A stretch of 64,000 nt of DNA, from contig CP089275.1 in the NCBI GenBank assembly GCA_023920165.1, positions 3,472,001 to 3,536,000 on the forward strand, in the 5' to 3' direction. Source of the DNA: Curvularia clavata (taxonomy: Eukaryota). Positions 35,318 through 46,031 of this stretch are shown piece after piece. Within the stretch, counting starts at the first letter, position 1. Each line of letters starts with the position of its first letter. The notes under the pieces are model-generated. The model had not been told where the DNA came from. It saw nothing but the letters and a program-made list of their open reading frames with translations, and did not search any database. The translations under genes and the position numbers were made by a program.

Positions 35318-36790
35318 ATGATTTTTTCCAGGCTTTCTATTCGCCCAAGTAGCCTCTCCATGCTCCTCTTCCTGTCTTCCTTGACAGCCCTTATTTCTGC
35401 AGCAGCTATACCTGAATCAGTTGATGTCGCTATTGTTGGTGCCGGTCTCGCTGGCTTAACAGCAGCACGCGACCTTCTTAAAGCAGGGAAATCTGTTGTC
35501 GTTCTCGAGGGAAGAAATCGTGTTGGCGGAAAGGTCTACAACTATCCACTGAAAAATGGTGGCGTCACGGAAGTTGGGGCCGAATTCGTCGGTCCAACAC
35601 AGGACAAAGTGCTACAGATGATATCTGATCTCGGGTTGAAAACATTTGATACCTACATCGATGGACAGACTGTACTGTACTTGAACAGCACCAGGTCAAC
35701 TTATACTCCGGATCCAACGCTTGCTGGCGCGCCACCTCTTAACCAAGCAGACCTCGTGCAAATTGCTAGTGCAAGGGCACAGTTGGACGGTTGGGCAGCT
35801 GAACTGAATACCAGTGCGCCTTGGTCGCATCCCAAATCCTCTGAGTGGGATAGTATCACCTTTCAGCAGTACATGGACCAACAACAACTTCTGCCAGATG
35901 CCCGCCTTCTTCTGGTTACCTTGACTAAATCTCTCCTTGCCGCCAACCCAGACGAAATATCGCTGTTGTATCTATTGGCTTACATCGCTGCTGCTGGAAA
36001 CGAGACCACAGTTGGGACCCTGGAAAGGTTGCTTGCTACGCAGGGTGGTGCCCAGGAGAAGCGAGTGGTGGGTGGAACTGGCCTTATCCCACAACGTTTG
36101 GCCGAGAAGGTCGGCGTCCAGCATATTGCCTTCAATGCGGCTGTATTCAGCGTAACTAAGACATACTCCGGGTACGATATTCAGTCTCGTGCTGGCAAGA
36201 TTTCAGCGAAGTCGGTAGTTCTCGCTATGGCACCTCCACTGCTCAATCAGATCAAGTTCAACCCGGAGCTACCCTCCAGTCGCCAACGATTGAATCGAAA
36301 GATGAAGATGGCTGCAATTGGAAAGGGAATACCAATTTACAAGACTCCATTTTGGCGCAAAGAAGGCCTAAGTGCACAAGTCATCTCGGACTCAGGTCCA
36401 ACGAGGGTGACCTTCGACAGCACTCCTGAAGATGCCGCTTTTGGTGCCATCCTCGGGTTCATTCTTGCGGACGAAATGCGAGCTCTTGACAAACTTAGCC
36501 CAGAAGAATGTCAAAAGCAGCTCTTGGATAGCTATGTCAAGTATTTCGGAGCGCAAGCAGCCAACATCACAGAGTTTGTGCTTCAACGCTGGGACCTGGA
36601 GGAGTTTTCGAGGGGTGGACCGGTAGCTATTGCTTCGCCCAATATCCTGACTAGAGATGGAAAGGCATTGAGGCAGAGCGTTGGTGGCATTCATTTTGCC
36701 GGCACAGAAACGAGCGAATTCTGGACTGGATACATGGATGGGGCTATAAGGAGTGGTGAGAGAGTAGCCAAAGAGATTCTATCGGCTTAG
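35318..36790 (+). CDS. Secreted flavin-dependent amine oxidase (MAO/putrescine oxidase family)
   Basis: Signal peptide, VAIVGAGLAGLTAA, EGRNRVGG and the C-terminal HFAGTET...GYMDGAIRSGERVA. No introns. Confidence 0.93.
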   Translation: MIFSRLSIRPSSLSMLLFLSSLTALISAAAIPESVDVAIVGAGLAGLTAARDLLKAGKSVVVLEGRNRVGGKVYNYPLKNGGVTEVGAEFVGPTQDKVLQMISDLGLKTFDTYIDGQTVLYLNSTRSTYTPDPTLAGAPPLNQADLVQIASARAQLDGWAAELNTSAPWSHPKSSEWDSITFQQYMDQQQLLPDARLLLVTLTKSLLAANPDEISLLYLLAYIAAAGNETTVGTLERLLATQGGAQEKRVVGGTGLIPQRLAEKVGVQHIAFNAAVFSVTKTYSGYDIQSRAGKISAKSVVLAMAPPLLNQIKFNPELPSSRQRLNRKMKMAAIGKGIPIYKTPFWRKEGLSAQVISDSGPTRVTFDSTPEDAAFGAILGFILADEMRALDKLSPEECQKQLLDSYVKYFGAQAANITEFVLQRWDLEEFSRGGPVAIASPNILTRDGKALRQSVGGIHFAGTETSEFWTGYMDGAIRSGERVAKEILSA

Positions 36791-37551
36791 ATTACGTGCA
36801 CGAAACTGGTGGTAGAAGGGCACAGTTTTAGTTTCTTGTTCGTGGTGGACGTAGTGAACCAGGGGAGTGGCAACGGGCTGAACCGTCCATGCGTAAAGCT
36901 GAGGCTAGACACTCTTGCAAGCTTAATTAGCTCTCTTTAACAAATCAATCACACCTTGACAGAAAATAATCGCGTGTCCTTTGGTTTTTTTGTCGCAGCT
37001 TTCTCACTAAGGATATGATGAAGGTATAATGACGCGAGGACACTTATTGTGAATAACTGTCAATCATGGCTTGATTTAACAGCAGTTGCTTGGATTGGCC
37101 GTCAACCATCTCCCAGTACTGCGGTCTACAGTACTAGAAGCGAATGTCATGCGCTCTTTTTCTTTCTTTTTTCTTGCAATTTTGCGGAGTGATCTGCGCA
37201 CAGCCCAAGATTCGAAGCATAGCAACAACAGATGTGCGCTTCCAAAGCAGAAGGAGATTTTAAGCCGTAGCAAGTACAACGGCGACTTCACAAGCTTCTT
37301 CGCATCCCAAAAACAAAGAAAAGGCGGATGAGGTCATTTCCCCAGGTTTCCGGCCGTCTCCGCGGTCTTGAATGCGACTAGCATTGCCGATGGCTGCTAA
37401 TGCATGAGGTCATCGTCATCCCCAACTTTCAGCTTTTGATCTGCATCTTCCTTGCGCAAATCACGACTTCAATCATTAACTCTTTCTATATTTATAAATT
37501 CCCATTTTTTGGTCTTCCCCACTCACAAATAGTCTCAAATTCTGACTGAAA

Positions 37552-38335
37552 ATGGGTTGCGGAGGCAGTAAGCAAAAGCATACTGGCGAGTCTACGGAGA
37601 TGGCTCATCCGGTGCAGTCGAACGTACCGGTACAGCAAAACAAAAGCATTCCAGTAGCTGGCGAAGGCGCAACTGTGAAAGCAAAAAGGTCTCCTGATAA
37701 TCCAATTGTGTACTTTGACATCGCCATAGGAGGGAAACCAGTCGGACGCATACAGATGGAATTATTCCTTGATGTAGTCCCTGCAACGACGGAGAACTTT
37801 AGACAGTTTTGCACTGGGGAGAGCAAAGTTGGAGGATACACCGGCAGCACCTTCCATCGTGTTGTATGTCATGTCATGTCGATATGACAGATCCAAGAGC
37901 CACAATTAACAACAATGTAGATTCCGAAATTTATGATTCAAGGCGGCGATTTCATGAATGGTGACGGGACTGGTAGCGCCTGTATCTTTGGGGGCGACTC
38001 GTTTGATGATGAGAATTTCGAACTCAAGCATACTCATCCTGGGCTCCTGAGTATGGCAAACTCTGGGTGAGGCAGTTTTGAACACGCATACTCGCTGGAT
38101 ACGCTTGCTGATTGTATGTCCTAGGCCCAACACAAACGGTTCGCAATTCTTCATTCTGACTGCTGCCACGCCACATCTGGATGGGAAACACGTTGTATTT
38201 GGAGAAGTCCTCGACGGAATGGACGTAGTTCGAACGATTGAATCGACGAAGACGGGTCCTGGCGATAAGCCACTGAACGATGTGGTAATTGCAAGTGCTG
38301 GCCAACTTGCAGGCGCGAAGCCGTTGCAATCATGA
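37552..38335 (+). CDS. Cyclophilin-type peptidyl-prolyl isomerase with an N-terminal extension
   Basis: [54 protein letters not shown] and [10 protein letters not shown]. Introns 37864-37920 and 38067-38124. Confidence 0.94.
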
Positions 38336-39671
38336 TCGTCAAGAGTAATGAGTGACTCGGGCTATGCACACTAATGGTCCTGGAATTATTCGAAAGATTT
38401 AATTTGATCTCAGTTTGTGCGACATATTGCATTCACAGTTGAAATGGTGTAGCTGGTGCAGATTAGCAGTCAGGGTAAGGAGTGGTTCTCTCTTTCACCT
38501 CACACGTAATTCAATGCGCTATTTCTCCTAAAAGGAAGGTATCATGCTACAAATCTTGCTTCGTTGCTTATGTAGTCGATAGCAAAGTTCTGCTATCTAG
38601 TCTGTCACTGTGTATCTTACTTATTACGATTAATGATGCTGATACCTTGGTCGCCAAGCTCTAGCCTATTGCAGTACACCTCGATTAAGTTAGTACTCTC
38701 TCTCTCGAAGAGGGAATTAAGCACTGCATATCCCTATGCTGACATAGCCTCCCCTTGGTAGGCTCAGCGTAGTAAACAAACGTTCCAGGTGAGCTAAGGC
38801 ATACTTAAGGAGCACTATAATGAGCCACATGTTTTCACCGACAATTCTCCAAGAGATCCTTCAATATTTATACCCTGTGCGATAACGCAATGCAAAACGA
38901 TCTTGCGTTCGTATAGCACGTGGGCTGTGAAGCATTATTTCCGATGAGCTACCCCATGCAGAAGGTGCTGAACCACGCTTATAAATTTTGCGACTTATAT
39001 GTCAAGATCCTAACTTCTCTAGATCAATCTATGCAGAGCTGTTTACACTGACTAGGGCGAATAGTCGGGGTCTTAACTGAATTCAGTCTAGTAACCTACG
39101 CCGCACTAATGTGGGCGGGGTGTGGAGAGGCTACGGGGAAGGGGGACGGGCTTTGAGAGGCTCGTCTATAGTACGGCCCGATGGCGGTCCGAATGAAGGC
39201 CCGTTTGGCACGATTTTGAGAGCTCAGCGGTCTAGGTCCCTGTAGTACCTGCAGAGACACAAAATCATGGCCTCATATTACAGATGGAAGTGGTAAATGT
39301 ATCGCTATATTGTATTGAGCCTAACTAGAATTCAACAATATAGACGCATTCTTGTGCTTTTGATTATAACACTAAAATGCTAGATGGAAGCTTCAAGTGA
39401 AGAGCAAGGAAATAGTAAGGTATTCTCGCATGCGGGTAGTGGCCGTCAGGGACGTCCATAAGATAGTAGATCGGAGTACCTACAGTGTATGCAGGCTGTA
39501 GGGTCCCATGGAGAATAATAGATGGCGTTTCGACTTGGCACTTGGCACGACTGAATCAGATTACCAAGTAGCTATTTCCTCAGGTGTATAAAGCCTCGAG
39601 ATCAGAGTCCAAATCTCTCTTACCGACACAAGCTCCTCTGTCACGCTGACTCTATCTTTGTTCATCGCATA

Positions 39672-40813
39672 ATGTTAAACTCCTTCCTTACGGCCGCCAT
39701 TTTACTGGCGAGCCGTTCACTCGCGTACGACCAACTATTGGGCTTCAATGGCGCTGCAGCGGTTGAGACTCGTTCAATCGACGAGATCTACAAGGCCGCT
39801 CTCGCCGAAGGCGGCGTCGTGACAATGTGGCTAGGCGGTGACGAGCGCACCGACGAAGACGCGCTGAAGAATGAGTTCGAGAAGCGCTTCCCTGGTATGA
39901 AGCTCAACCTCACCACCGACCTGTCCAAATATCACAGCCCGCGCTTCGACGAGCAGCTTGCTGCGGGCAAGGTGTATGTTGACAGCATTGCGTTTCAGAC
40001 CGTACACGACTACCCGCGGTGGGACAGCGAGGGTGCACTATTACACTATGCTCCTGTGGGACTCGACAAGGTGTATCCACCAATGAAGGATGTGCGTGCG
40101 GCGTTTTACGGCATTCTGACTGTGGGATGGGCCGGGAAGTGGAATACGGAGAAGTTGCCTGGGATCAAAGCGCCGGTTGAGTGGGAGGATTGGTTGAGGC
40201 CGGAGTTCAAGGACAAGCTTGTCTTGACCTATCCCAACGATGACGACGCGGTGTTGTATGCTTTCGATTTGATGTAAGTCTTCGCTTACACAAAGCTTTT
40301 GAAAGGAAAGACGACTAACAAGAGAACAGCATGCAGCAGTACGGCAAGTCTTGGTTCGACAAACTCCTTAAGCAGAATCCCCGTTGGGTCCGTGGTACGC
40401 GGTCCCCAGACACCATCATGGCGAGCAAGAACTCCACGCGTGCCGCCTCGTTTACATCGGACGGTCTCTTTCCAACCTCGAACGTCAATATCAGCCACCC
40501 AGTTCAGGGCTCCTTCGTAACATGGTTCCAGCTTGCTGCAATTCCTAAAGACGCACCGCATCCAGAGGGGGCAAAACTGCTGCATAATTACATGCTCACC
40601 AAAGAGTGGCAGTCAACCCGAGGCTCGTGGCCAGTGAGAAGCGATGTAGAGCCGCCACAGGGATATCCTTCCATATTCGAGATGCCAGGAACAAACATCA
40701 CTTATTTCCGTGAGTGGATGTCGGACCGATATAGGGTTGAGCGGTTGAGATTGTGGTTCGAGGACAAACTCGGCACTGCACAGGGACTTAGCCCAATTTC
40801 TGACGACATTTAG
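39672..40813 (+). CDS. Secreted bacterial-type periplasmic solute-binding protein (AfuA/PotD/ThiB-like fold)
   Basis: Signal peptide, IYKAALAEGGVV, FEKRFPG, W.DWLRPEFKDKLV and AAIPKDAPHPEGAKLLHNYMLTKEWQ. Intron 40274-40329. Confidence 0.82.
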
Positions 40814-41401
40814 AGATCGAGCAGAAGGATTACGGTAATAATGTAATAATGTTTTAGCTGTGACAGAAAGTTGATTGCCGACGAGTTGGTCACATCTTTG
40901 GGCCTAACGTGTACACATGCCATTTTTCCGGTCCCACACTTACTTTTCTTTACCCATGCCTTTTCATATCGAAACTTTCGATCATCGCTTCAATCATCAA
41001 ATCTTGTGCAATAGGGTCTGATTCCTTTCTAGGATCATTCACTGTTAGCTAATAGGCGAGAATCCCGGTGGGTAGGCAAGATGCCCTTCACTGCTCTTTC
41101 ATAGTAAGGCTTCATTTCATTCCAACTTTCACTCCCTACAACTTCTTTATACTGATCTTGTTATAGGGACACTAATTACTAGATCTCACATTGTTTCGCT
41201 TCCTGCAACTGAAGTCAAAGTCGTTCTTGACTGTCTTCCTAGCCGTTTTGGCGACTATAAGTGACCTCAAGTCACTACACAATGCGAAATGAACCCTATT
41301 AGTACCGCATTTCGAAACGTTATTCTACTAACGACTCTAAAGCAGACGCCCAGCTCAATGCTTGCCTAACCAAACTTGTCAAACCACCTTTCTCACGCTC
41401 G

Positions 41402-41513
41402 GCCAAATACTACGGTTGTTTGAGATTGCTGTTCAACACAAGGCTCGGCTAACTGTCCGAAACAAGCGCGCTTTGGCTTCGGCAATATCTCCGGAATAAT
41501 CGGTAGTTTTATT
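41402..41513 (+). pseudogene. Possible relic of an anion:cation symporter (Dal5/Tna1-type) MFS gene
   Basis: AKYYGCL in one frame, then SANCPKQARFGFGNISGIIGSFI in another. Both resemble late-TM motifs of this family. No intact ORF. Confidence 0.4.
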
Positions 41514-41846
41514 AATGCCGAAAAAAGAGCCAAGAGACTATCAGCCGCTTCCTCAAGAGGAGGCGGAAAGCCAAGAACTCGAAGGCGTGATGCCAAGAGC
41601 ATGAACAGAGACGGCGCGCGGAGAAGTGCTAACTTAGCCTACAACACCATCCGAGAGAGGCTGTGAACACCATTTTCATACAAGCAAATTTCGTTCTTAA
41701 AGTGCCAGATTTGAAGTCAGAAAAGTATCTATTTGCATTATGCAATCGTCGATAGGCTAGCATCTGACTCCTTTTGGCGACCAAGGAGTTATCGTGGATC
41801 TGACAAACTATGAAGATCCCGCTCCCACAGCCGCCAATCACATTTC

Positions 41847-43629
41847 TTACCTCCTGACGGTTTCTATTGTTTCGACTCCATACTCCTTCTCACGGATTGT
41901 ATCTAATCCTTTGCTTCTCGCAACAACTTCTTCCTCGGTCAGGATAGGTTTGCCACGAAGTTGCCCCCATACTGCTTTGTGCATTGGACGCATGAACAAC
42001 GCATCCATTTCTTCCAAACTGATGCCTTTAGTCTCAGGTACGAAGAAGAAGCTCCAGATACCCATTCCGACAAGGATGGAGGCGAAGAAGAAATATGCGC
42101 CATAGCCGAGATCAGAGATCATATAAGGAGTGCTGCGGGCAATGATGAAAGAGCCAAGCCAAGTGTCGGCTGTCGTAAGCGATACGCAGAGCATACGGAT
42201 ATCCAAGGGGAAAATCTCGGATGCGTAGGTCCAGGTAATGCCTTGCCATGTAGCGCAAATGATAAAGGCATTAATGTATACACACACCATGGCAAGGTAA
42301 CCCCAACCATTTCGTGAAACATCTCCTCTTGCAGCAGCTCCAGCTGGATCTGCCTTCATGACGTAACCGCCAATGTACCACATTGGGATGCAACCAAGGG
42401 CGGCGCCCCAAATCAATCCTTTGCGACGACCAACCTTCTCAACCACCCAGAAGGTGAATGTGAACATGCCGAGCGTCTTGGCAATACCGTAGAAACCGGT
42501 AGAAAACAGCTTGAGCGATGTACCGGAGATGCCTAGTGTCTCAAAGATTCGTGGTGCATAGTAGGTGATGATGTTTACCTGAGTATGTTAGTATTGCATT
42601 ACCTCGATATATGTAATCGTATATACTTACACCTGTGAACGACTGCAAGAACATGAGTGCGAGTCCAATCGCCATGCGATTACGGACACCCTTCTGGAAA
42701 AGCTTCATGAACTGTGCTTTCTTGCTCTGGCGGTTGGCACTGCGTTCCTCAACTTGAGCACGAATCTCGCTCATCTCGTGCTGAATGTAAGCGTGTGATT
42801 CGTCAAGACCACGAATCATGCACAGGATGCGTTCAGCGCCCTCGAAGTTGTCGTTCTTAGCAAGGTATCGGGGTGATTCAGGACACCATGCAACACCAAG
42901 AAGAAGCAAAAGACCTGGGACAAGCTGGATAGCCAGCGGTACAATCCACTGTGTCTGGCTATTGACATCAATCGTTCGATCAGCAGCATAGTTGATCCAG
43001 AAACCAAGCATACCACCACCTTGGGATGCGATCTCGAAGATACCAACGAGACGACCACGGATAGAGGGCGGGGCTGTCTCAGAAATATAAACAGGTACTA
43101 CCTACTCAGATTTAGCGTTGACCATGGCAAGTCTAAGATAATTTTTGGTGCTTACCATGGAAGAAGCTCCAATGCCGAGACCAGCTACAGCACGACCACC
43201 ATAAATCATGTTCAGTTTACCTTGGGCAGCAGTCATGAGAGTGCCACCGAGAAGGAAGATCGAAGAAGCTATCATCATGGTTTTCTTTCGGCCAATACGC
43301 TCAGCGAATGGAAAGGCAAGAAGTGCACCAAAAAAGCATCCAGCCTGAAATGTGGACACAATGTTTCCCTGAATCGTGTCGCGGTTGACTTTGGGGATAC
43401 CATTTAGACCAAAGTCACGAATGAATGAGTTGAGGGCCATAGTGCCGCCAATAACGGCCGTGTCGTAGCCCACTGTATCGCTAGTGAGTATTTCCAGTAT
43501 TCAGAGCGATCATCTGTACTTACTAGCTAGTGCAGACATGGACGCGATAAGGGCAATCATGTGGATCCGCCAGTTGCGGACCTCAGGTGGGTCCAAAGTC
43601 CCTGATGCATGAGTGTTAAAGCAACCCAT
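41847..43629 (-). CDS. MFS sugar-porter family transporter (quinate permease-like)
   Basis: PPEVRNWRIH, MGYDTAVIGG, ERIGRK, VPVYISETAPPSIRGRLVG, PESPRYL, WTYASEIFP and PETKG. Introns 43473-43523, 43102-43155 and 42579-42630. Confidence 0.94.
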
Positions 43630-43804
43630 ATGTTGGATAAAAGTGTTATTTCTTCAAGATGTAGAGGTGTAGAATATGGCTGATAGCCTGACGTTGGTTT
43701 ACTCGAGCAGAGGATCGAATCCGCTTTTATGATTATCGGCCTCGTCTCGAAGACACCACAGCCAAGTCCACTACTACGTTACTACCACGAGCTGCACTAA
43801 TGCC

Positions 43805-43820
43805 TTTCCCCGCGGGGAAA
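43805..43820. promoter_or_regulatory. Perfect palindrome TTTCCCCGCGGGGAAA containing two CreA/Mig1-type SYGGRG sites
   Basis: Located 176 nt upstream of the transporter ATG. More GCGGGG/CCGGGG sites lie near 43897 and 44080. Confidence 0.55.
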
Positions 43821-46031
43821 TACAAAAAGGAAAATATCGTCCCACATCTCGTTCAAGACCTACTTTTCCAAGCTGTTGTCGATATCATCAGCGAATCCGG
43901 GGAAGGGTCTGCTTGGCAGCTGACAAGGTGAAGCCTCGCCAATGGTTGGCATTCCGACTCTCACCAAACAATAGGCGGAACTGCGCTCGAAGGTTGCATG
44001 AGATGAGCTTGGCGGCCTGCCTTCTTGGCGACACCGCTGTGGCAAAAATCGACGGGTTCGGCACTCCCAAGTGACGTGTGCGGGGTAAAGCGGGTCGTCC
44101 CAACGTGCTCCGGCATACCTCTTTGAACCACGATTCCCTTCCATCGCCCCTGTGGCACTTGTATGCGAACTATGAAGCCGCTCGTATAAATACCAACGGA
44201 ACGTCTAAATTGCGAGATCTTACAACGAGTGAACAGCTTTCGAAGCGTTAATACGTACACAGTGTAATGTATAGTGGGTTCTGTTTTTAGCTCTTCCTCT
44301 TTGCAATCACGGGGTGGAAAAAGACTTCCACGTACAAGATACCAAGCCATCACACACTTGCCTCCGATATGCGGTATGCAGAAGAGCCGCTCCAAGACGA
44401 TAATAAAGCGGGACGGCTAGTCAACATGCGGCGTAGATATGTGTTGTGATGAGTCGTTGTGTTCGGTAACGTCGGCCGTGCAGACACTTGTGGGTTACTC
44501 CTCCGACATTCCTTGCGCTGTGAGATTCTTAGATAAGTATGAGTCCTTGGCAGGGTTTCCCAGCGCGGCCGGATACATCAACGACTTCTGTTTGACATGT
44601 CTTCAGTCACTCTGATTTGATGCTGCTATAAACATATCTCCGAACTAAGTAGATTTGACAGATGTATGAGGTGCATACGAAAACATAGCGCCGATTATCC
44701 AAAGCACCGGTTAATGTTCGAGTGGCAATGACTGAATGATAGAGCTATTAAAAGTTTTACAGTTCCTCAATTGATACGGCCATTCTATATTTGGTAGAAT
44801 AACTGTCTGGAGGTACATGCTATTGACACTGCAGACCTGATGTATCACGGCACCTCACGCGACACACACAAGAACAGGAAAGCGTTGGAACTAGTTCTCC
44901 TTGGCGCGATTCTACATAGCATTTAATTCATTATCTTCAGACCCACTTACTCCGCAATCCCCAAGATCACCAGAAAGAATCGATGGACGCTAGCACATGT
45001 CCGGACCCAATTATAGAGAGACCTAAGTCGCCAAGCAGTCAACTACCTACGACCAAGAACTTAGTCATATCAGGTAGCTTCAGCGTTGTCTAGGCTTTGG
45101 CCTGACCAGGTAACAGGATTCCGGGTCACTTCTGCAGTTCTCCACATGTGATTATGGGGTAAACACGTACTTCCTTGTCCGAGCTTTGGCCCCATGCATG
45201 TATCAGATAAGGCCCGACCTAGATTTCTTGCATGGGCTAGTTTGTCAAAAAGAAACATGTAAAAGCATCGAAGTATTCCTGAATATCGTTTGCTTCGACG
45301 AGTTACTTGTGAAGTGTCATAGCGACACTGAAACCTGTATTGACTACTTCGTATATGAACATTGTCTTGACTCACGGATGAAAGACAAACATCTGACATT
45401 ATTCACAGCTGCGAAGATGCTCTTCGTATATCTGAACGCCTGGCATACGTACAGTAGCATTATATTCTGTCAAGATATCGTTCTAGACATATAGTAATGA
45501 ATAACAGCTATCAAATCCACCCGAAATAGTAGTCAGTGCCGCAACAACATCACACAACAGGGGAGAACAACGCTAACAGTGTAAGTGATGATATACTCTA
45601 GCGCTGATTACATAACCCGGAAGGAACCAAATTTGCAAGAGCCAAAGGGCTGTCGATAGTGTTATGGAGCACTTGCAGTACAGGCAGTTTGGTTTCCGTC
45701 CTAGTACGTTGTAGTGCATTCATACCAGCCACAGCCAACAGTATATAGGATATATTGCAGTTCAACAAATATCTCTCACGCCTCCGAAGTCATATTCATG
45801 CGTGCACTTCGAGAGATAGGCGGTTTTCGTCACTCATTGAGAAGAAACTTCGAAACGTTTCAAATTAAATTAACTATCATAGGAAGCATGTCCAGAATAT
45901 GTCGTGATAAAACTCTCATTTACATATATTTGTCAAATCGTATGGTGCTTGCGAGCGCCGTTGCTGGCAAATAGTCTACATATCAAGCGCAGTTGTCCAA
46001 TAATGTGAGATATGGTGTGATGTCGAGGAGC

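Noticed and set aside
40930..41160. Minus-strand coding-like fragment (QDQYKEVVGSESWNEMKPYYERAVK...KFRYEKAW) with an internal stop
   Set aside because: Unidentifiable and interrupted; too weak to call a pseudogene.
45150..45494. 102-aa Cys-containing ORF
   Set aside because: No convincing start, signal peptide or domain; probably random or a relic.
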